Shown here: piece by piece, positions 7,764 to 14,372 of the stretch
How the letters are laid out: each line of letters opens with the position of its first letter
Numbering within the stretch: the first letter of the stretch is position 1
Source of the DNA: Opitutales bacterium
Lineage (GTDB): Bacteria > Verrucomicrobiota > Verrucomicrobiia > Opitutales > Coraliomargaritaceae
DNA length: 14,372 nucleotides
Direction: 5' to 3'
Assembly: GCA_049598495.1 (NCBI GenBank)
Contig: JBMYNR010000041.1
Span: forward strand, 1 to 14,372
Position numbers and translations under genes: made by a program
Notes under the pieces: generated by a model
Told to the model about the DNA's origin: nothing
Seen by the model: the letters and a program-made list of their open reading frames with translations, nothing else
The model's database searches: none

Positions 7764-7970
7764 ATGTTCGATATCCTCGCAGAAATCACCGGTAAGATTC
7801 ACGTAGCGGCTGCAGCCCTTGCTGTGCCCATCGGCATTGGCCTCATCGGTCTCAAAGCTTGCGAATCTGTAGGCCGTAACCCGGAGGCATCCACCAAGGT
7901 CCTCGTTCAATCGATTATTGCGATGGCCTTCGCTGAAGCGATCGTCTTCTTCGCGATCTTCCTTGGCTAA
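7764..7970 (+). CDS. atpE: F1Fo ATP synthase subunit c (probably H+-coupled)
   Basis: Two hydrophobic helices, loop GRNPE, carboxylate E58 in AFAEAI. The Na+-ligand positions are Ile25 and Ala59 rather than Gln and Ser. Confidence 0.97.
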   Translation: MFDILAEITGKIHVAAAALAVPIGIGLIGLKACESVGRNPEASTKVLVQSIIAMAFAEAIVFFAIFLG

Positions 7971-7988
7971 TCCGGTTGACCAGTATTT

Positions 7989-8020
7989 GCCGGCGTCCGA
8001 ACTGGGCGCCGGCTCTTCCT
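7989..8020 (+). terminator. Strong hairpin downstream of atpE (partial terminator or mRNA 3' stabiliser)
   Basis: GCCGGCGTCC-GAACT-GGGCGCCGGC, a 10-bp stem with one U-G pair, followed by TCTTCCT. Confidence 0.55.
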
Positions 8021-8046
8021 GACACCTCTTTTAAAAACTCCCGACC

Positions 8047-8649
8047 ATGAAGGCTCTCTCGCTTACTCTGCTCTTCGTTATCATTCTGCCGCTGGGCCTC
8101 CTCGCCGGACCCGATGTTGCTGTGGAGGCCGCTGAGGAGAACAAGCTCACCATGATCACAAATAAGTTTGGTGTTTCTGTGCCGACTCTTGTGGCCCAGA
8201 TGGTGAATTTCTGTCTCGTTGCCCTCGCTCTCTACTTCCTCGCGGTAAAGCCGGTCGTGGCGACGCTTGACGAGCGCCAACAGAAGATTGCGGATGGTCT
8301 CCAATACGCCGAAGAGATGAAGACGCAGCTTGCAGAAGCCGAGCGTGAGCGCGCCGAAAAGGTAAAGCAAGCTGCCATCGAAGCGCAGGCCATTCTGACG
8401 GAGGCGCGCGAGCAGTCCAAGGAGATGATTGAGCAGAAGACCCAGGAAGCCGCTGCTCAAGCCGAGGCGATCATCCGTAAGGCGACTGAAGCCACCGAGC
8501 TGGAGCGTCAGAAAATGCTTTCTGATGTGCGTCAGGAAGTGGCACGTCTGGTCGTCGCGACCTCCTCCAAGGTGCTTTCCCGCGATCTTTCTACTGAAGA
8601 GAAGAGCAAATTCTCCGAGTCCGCAGCCAAAGAACTGGCCAATGTCTAG
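8047..8649 (+). CDS. atpF: F1Fo ATP synthase subunit b
   Basis: [32 protein letters not shown] followed by a long Ala/Glu/Lys coiled coil; operon position. Alternative start at ATG 8152. Confidence 0.95.
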   Translation: MKALSLTLLFVIILPLGLLAGPDVAVEAAEENKLTMITNKFGVSVPTLVAQMVNFCLVALALYFLAVKPVVATLDERQQKIADGLQYAEEMKTQLAEAERERAEKVKQAAIEAQAILTEAREQSKEMIEQKTQEAAAQAEAIIRKATEATELERQKMLSDVRQEVARLVVATSSKVLSRDLSTEEKSKFSESAAKELANV

Positions 8650-8654
8650 CGAGG

Positions 8655-8689
8655 CATCTGTCATGATTCATCATACATCCGCCATTCAG
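8655..8689 (+). repeat. Five degenerate tandem heptamers (CATnnnn)
   Basis: CATCTGT CATGATT CATCATA CATCCGC CATTCAG. Confidence 0.7.
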
Positions 8690-8695
8690 TTATAG

Positions 8696-9094
8696 ATGAA
8701 ACGGGACAAGAAGATCACTCAACTGGCCAAGAAGCTCGTCGAGCTTTCTAAGGACGAGGCTGGGGTCGTGACCGAGGCGAAAGTCAGTGAAGTGCTCGCC
8801 GGGCTCAAGCAGGTGGAGCACCGTCATCATCTGGCTGTCCTTAAGACTTTTTTAAACTATATCCGCCGTGAGATTGCGCGCCAGACTGCCGTTGTCTCCA
8901 CACCGGGCGCTCTCAGTGAGTCTGCCCTCAAGGCGATTGAGGCCAATTTTACACGCGTCTACGGGCGTCCGATTGCCGCTACAACAAATGAAGACAGTTC
9001 ACTCATTGCCGGTGTGCGTGTGCGGGTCGGTGATGATGTCTATGACGCCTCTCTTGCTGGCCGTCTCCACCGCCTTGCCGAAAACGTCAACTAA
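8696..9094 (+). CDS. atpH: F1Fo ATP synthase subunit delta (short form)
   Basis: C-terminal delta/OSCP signature EDSSLIAGVRVRVGDDVYDASLAGRL; lies between atpF and atpA. Confidence 0.92.
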   Translation: MKRDKKITQLAKKLVELSKDEAGVVTEAKVSEVLAGLKQVEHRHHLAVLKTFLNYIRREIARQTAVVSTPGALSESALKAIEANFTRVYGRPIAATTNEDSSLIAGVRVRVGDDVYDASLAGRLHRLAENVN

Positions 9095-9148
9095 TCTACC
9101 TTCTCACATTCCTACCTTTATACTTTTCCACCTGCACACTTTCTCATG
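9093..9148 (+). repeat. Seven degenerate tandem octamers (about TTYYYACY)
   Basis: AATCTACC TTCTCACA TTCCTACC TTTATACT TTTCCACC TGCACACT TTCTCATG. Confidence 0.65.
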
Positions 9149-10690
9149 AGCTCAATAGTCGAACAAATCGAAAACGAAATCGCCAGCTTCGATGCCGGCG
9201 CCGTTAAGTCCAACACCGGTAAGGTTGTTTCCATTGCCGATGGTGTGGCCAAACTTGAAGGCCTTTCCGGTGTCATGTATAACGAAATGATCGATTTCGG
9301 CAATGGTGTGACCGGTCTGGCGCTCAACCTGGAGGAGGACGAAGTCGGCTGCGTGATCCTTGGTGACTACTCAAAGCTTAAGGAAGGCGACGAAGCCACG
9401 ACTACCGGCAAGCTACTATCGGTTCCTGTTGGTATGGGGCTTCTTGGTCGTGTGGTCGATGCTATTGGTAATCCCGTTGACGGTAAGGGGCCGATCGATG
9501 CCAGCGAAAACTACCCGGTCGACCAGATTGCGCCCGGTATTATTCCGCGCAAGTCGGTCGATCAACCACTTCAAACCGGCATCATGGCGATTGACTCGAT
9601 GATTCCCATCGGCCGTGGTCAGCGTGAACTTATCATTGGTGACCGCTCCACCGGCAAAACCACCATCGCAATTGATACGATCATCAATCAGGCCAAGATC
9701 AACAACCAGCACCGCAACGAGGACGGTAGCTTTGAAGAGGGCTTCCGCCCGGTTTATTCCATCTATGTTGCGGTCGGCCAGAAAAACTCAAACATCGCCC
9801 GCACCATCAATGTGCTCGAGAAGACCGGAGCGATGGAATACACGATCATCGTGACTGCGTCCGCCGGCGATAACCCGGCCAATCAGTACATTGCTCCCTT
9901 CTCCGGTGCATCGATGGGTGAGTATTTCATGTTCAATGGCATGGATGCGTTGATTGTTTACGATGATCTTTCCAAGCAGGCGGTTGCCTATCGTCAGATC
10001 TCTCTTGTCTTGAAGCGCCCCTCTGGCCGTGAAGCCTATCCTGGCGACGTGTTCTATCTCCACTCACGCCTTCTTGAGCGCTCCGCTCGTGTAAATGAGG
10101 ATAATGGTGGTGGCTCGCTGACCGCGCTCCCCATCATCGAGACCCAGGCGGGTGACGTTTCGGCCTACATTCCGACCAATGTGATTTCCATTACCGACGG
10201 CCAGGTCTTTCTGGAAACAGACCTTTTCAATCAAGGTATCCGTCCTGCGGTTTCCGTCGGTCTCTCCGTCTCCCGTGTCGGTTCAGCCGCGCAGATCAAG
10301 GCGATCAAGAAGGTGGCGGGCAAGGTGAAGCTACAGCTTGCGCAGTTCCGTGAGCTGGCTGCTTTTGCACAATTTGGTTCTGACCTGGATGCCAAGACCA
10401 AGGCGCAACTAGAGCGTGGTGCCCGTGTCGTGGAGCTCTTCAAACAAACCGCGTTCAATCCGATTCCTGTCGAGGTGCAATCCTCGCTGATCTGGGCGGT
10501 GCAAAACGGTTTCTTTGATGACATCGACACCGGCAAAGTGGTTGAAGCGACTGCCAGCCTCCGCGAATTCTTTGAGACCCGTGGCGCCAAGACCATGGAT
10601 GTGATCCGCTCAGAAAAAGCGATCAGCGACGATTCGGAAGCGGCGCTTAAATCCTCGCTCGAAGAGTGGAAAGCCGGGTTCACCGCTTAG
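9146..10690 (+). CDS. atpA: F1 ATP synthase subunit alpha
   Basis: [17 protein letters not shown] (Walker A), [35 protein letters not shown]. Confidence 0.99.
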   Translation: MSSIVEQIENEIASFDAGAVKSNTGKVVSIADGVAKLEGLSGVMYNEMIDFGNGVTGLALNLEEDEVGCVILGDYSKLKEGDEATTTGKLLSVPVGMGLLGRVVDAIGNPVDGKGPIDASENYPVDQIAPGIIPRKSVDQPLQTGIMAIDSMIPIGRGQRELIIGDRSTGKTTIAIDTIINQAKINNQHRNEDGSFEEGFRPVYSIYVAVGQKNSNIARTINVLEKTGAMEYTIIVTASAGDNPANQYIAPFSGASMGEYFMFNGMDALIVYDDLSKQAVAYRQISLVLKRPSGREAYPGDVFYLHSRLLERSARVNEDNGGGSLTALPIIETQAGDVSAYIPTNVISITDGQVFLETDLFNQGIRPAVSVGLSVSRVGSAAQIKAIKKVAGKVKLQLAQFRELAAFAQFGSDLDAKTKAQLERGARVVELFKQTAFNPIPVEVQSSLIWAVQNGFFDDIDTGKVVEATASLREFFETRGAKTMDVIRSEKAISDDSEAALKSSLEEWKAGFTA

Positions 10691-10706
10691 GCGCCAGAGC
10701 GGTTTC
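10682..10706 (+). other. Small hairpin spanning the atpA stop codon
   Basis: ACCGCT (10682-10687) pairs with AGCGGT (10698-10703), followed by a pyrimidine tract. Confidence 0.3.
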
Positions 10707-10709
10707 TAA

Positions 10710-10751
10710 CTCATCTCTTCTTTCTTAATTCTTCTTTTTGTATTTTCAACG
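10710..10751 (+). repeat. Pyrimidine-rich degenerate tandem heptamers upstream of atpG
   Basis: CTCATCT CTTCTTT CTTAATT CTTCTTT TTGTATT TTCAACG, then ATG. Confidence 0.55.
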
Positions 10752-13117
<2,366 letters not shown>

Positions 13118-13130
13118 ACGCAGAGCGTTT

Positions 13131-13158
13131 GATGACTAATGAAGGATGAATAATGACT
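13131..13158 (+). repeat. Four degenerate tandem heptamers (RATGAMK) within a foldback region
   Basis: GATGACT AATGAAG GATGAAT AATGACT; overlaps the hairpin GAATAAT..TGATTC-GAA-GAATCA..ATTATTC (13148-13185). Confidence 0.7.
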
Positions 13159-13248
13159 GATTCGAAGAATCACTTACTATTATTCTGACTCCAGTCTTCT
13201 GAATGGTTTCACCATCTCCGTATTTACTAGGTCTAAATTCTGATCAAA

Positions 13249-13659
13249 ATGGTTACTCTCGAAATCATCACACCTGACGAACGGGTTCTTAGTACGGAAG
13301 CCACTCAGGTTGTTTTACCAACCGAGACGGGTGAAACGGGTATCCTTTCCGGGCATATCCCAATGGTGACCAAAATCGTCGCCGGTGAACTCAAGATCAT
13401 CAAGGATGGCGCAACCGAGTTTATCGCTGTCGACCACGGGTTTGCCAAGGTCTTGGGCAATACAATCTCCGTTCTTACAGAAGCGGCTATCGACGTGAAG
13501 GAAATCGACCTCTCTGAAGTCGAGTCGGCTCAGGCACGTGCCGAGGAGGCGCTGAAGCAGGCTGAGGAAGAGGGGATTGATTATGAGCAACTCGAACGTC
13601 TCGAAAAGAACGTCCAATATCTAATCGCTCAAAAACTGGCCAAGGGCCGCCGCAAGTAG
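13249..13659 (+). CDS. atpC: F1 ATP synthase subunit epsilon
   Basis: LEIITPD, LPTETGETGILSGHIPMVT, AVDHGFAKV, and a C-terminal helical hairpin. Confidence 0.97.
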   Translation: MVTLEIITPDERVLSTEATQVVLPTETGETGILSGHIPMVTKIVAGELKIIKDGATEFIAVDHGFAKVLGNTISVLTEAAIDVKEIDLSEVESAQARAEEALKQAEEEGIDYEQLERLEKNVQYLIAQKLAKGRRK

Positions 13660-13752
13660 GTTGATTTATATTTTACCCGCTCCCCATTCTTCGGAGGTTT
13701 CCATGAGGATGGCGGTGGCTTGCTAGCATAAGTTCGCTGCGTCGTGCTGAGA

Positions 13753-13779
13753 GTAGCGATGCGATGCCAGTCGCGTCGA
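13753..13779 (+). repeat. GTAG-type REP-like palindrome
   Basis: GTAGC-GATGCGAT-GCCA-GTCGCGTC-GA; 13753-13782 is 25/30 identical to 1350-1379. Confidence 0.75.
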
Positions 13780-13882
13780 GGTGTGAAGGGCTCCGAACAA
13801 ACGGAAGCGCTTGCCAGTGGGCCCTGGCAGGGGTCTGTGGTCCCGCGGAGTGTAAAATCACAGTAAATATCCCTAAAGAATC

Positions 13883-14372
13883 GTAAGTCCCTCAGATTTG
13901 TCCCTAATCAAAATTGATAGCGAGTTCAGCGGGAGTGAGTCCTGAAGGGTCGTTGCTGCGAAGTAGATACTGATCGGCGAGGACACGTTCGAGATATCTG
14001 CGGGGACAGATGCCCCGTCGCTGGCAGCTCACAACGATGGAGTATATAATGGCACTGCGTTTGCCTGCATTGGGGTGTCCGATGAACAGCCAATTCTTTT
14101 TGCCTACTGCGGATGGGCGGATGGCGTTCTCGATGAGGTTGTTGTCGATTTGCAGGTCGCCACGCTGACAATAGACCCTGGCCTTGTCCCATACGCTCAG
14201 GGCATAGTCACATGCTTTGCCGGTGGGGCTTTTGGGCAAGTGCGCCCGTCGCACCTCGATCAGCCGCTCTCCCAGTTCTTCGAGGATAGGCAGACACTCG
14301 GCCTGGCGGGTTCGTTCGATTTGCGTAGTGCTTGCCCCCGATTCTTTGAGCTTCTTCTCAATCCGGTAGAGC
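13883..14372 (-). mobile_element. IS66-family insertion sequence, right end (partial)
   Basis: The transposase stop lies 21 bp inside a GTAAG-starting end (GTAAGTCCCTCAGATTTGTCCC); IS66 inverted repeats characteristically begin with GTAA. The other end is outside the window. Confidence 0.75.
13904..14371 (-). CDS. tnpC: IS66-family transposase TnpC, C-terminal part (5' end outside window)
   Basis: Frame is open to the window edge: LYRIEKKLK...LPKSPTGKACDYAL..W...LQIDNNLIENAIRPSAVGKKNWLF...YSIVVSC...P..YL..VL, hallmark IS66 motifs. Confidence 0.93.
   Translation of the reverse strand, partial: LYRIEKKLKESGASTTQIERTRQAECLPILEELGERLIEVRRAHLPKSPTGKACDYALSVWDKARVYCQRGDLQIDNNLIENAIRPSAVGKKNWLFIGHPNAGKRSAIIYSIVVSCQRRGICPRRYLERVLADQYLLRSNDPSGLTPAELAINFD

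Noticed and set aside
7764..7970. Na+-coupled ATP synthase or N-ATPase
   Set aside because: The c subunit lacks the Gln and Ser/Thr Na+ ligands, and gene order is the canonical BEFHAGDC with delta present.
7915..8664. 249-aa antisense ORF over atpF
   Set aside because: Shadow ORF caused by codon bias of the sense gene.
13684..13712. CCATTCTT/GAGGATGG stem as the atp operon terminator
   Set aside because: Wobble-rich with no U tract; cannot be supported as an intrinsic terminator.
13673..13861. 62-aa minus-strand ORF downstream of atpC
   Set aside because: Spans REP units and hairpins, with no protein-like features.

Overview
Housekeeping region, probably from a Verrucomicrobiota (Opitutia/Coraliomargarita-like) bacterium; the taxonomy is inferred from protein style and gene order. 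Plus strand: rpsT, a divergent RluA-family pseudouridine-synthase-like gene, yajC-secDF-recJ, and a complete F1Fo ATP synthase operon (atpB-E-F-H-A-G-D-C, no atpI). Minus strand: a probably leaderless 76-aa tail-anchored membrane ORF divergent from atpB, and the 3' part plus right end of an IS66 element running off the window. Most notable non-standard signals: (1) five consecutive atp spacers (F-H, H-A, A-G, G-D, D-C) consist of degenerate 7-nt or 8-nt tandem repeats, several abutting start codons that lack Shine-Dalgarno motifs; (2) a GTAG-type REP family, as a 27-27-27 bp inverted doublet at 1350-1430 with further copies at about 13.7 kb; (3) an RluA paralog that keeps the catalytic Asp but has lost flanking active-site residues; (4) signal-peptide-like N-termini on Fo subunits a and b, a short delta subunit and an unusual c-subunit packing motif; (5) an 81-bp long inverted repeat between recJ and the small ORF. 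All motif alignments and folds were done by eye.
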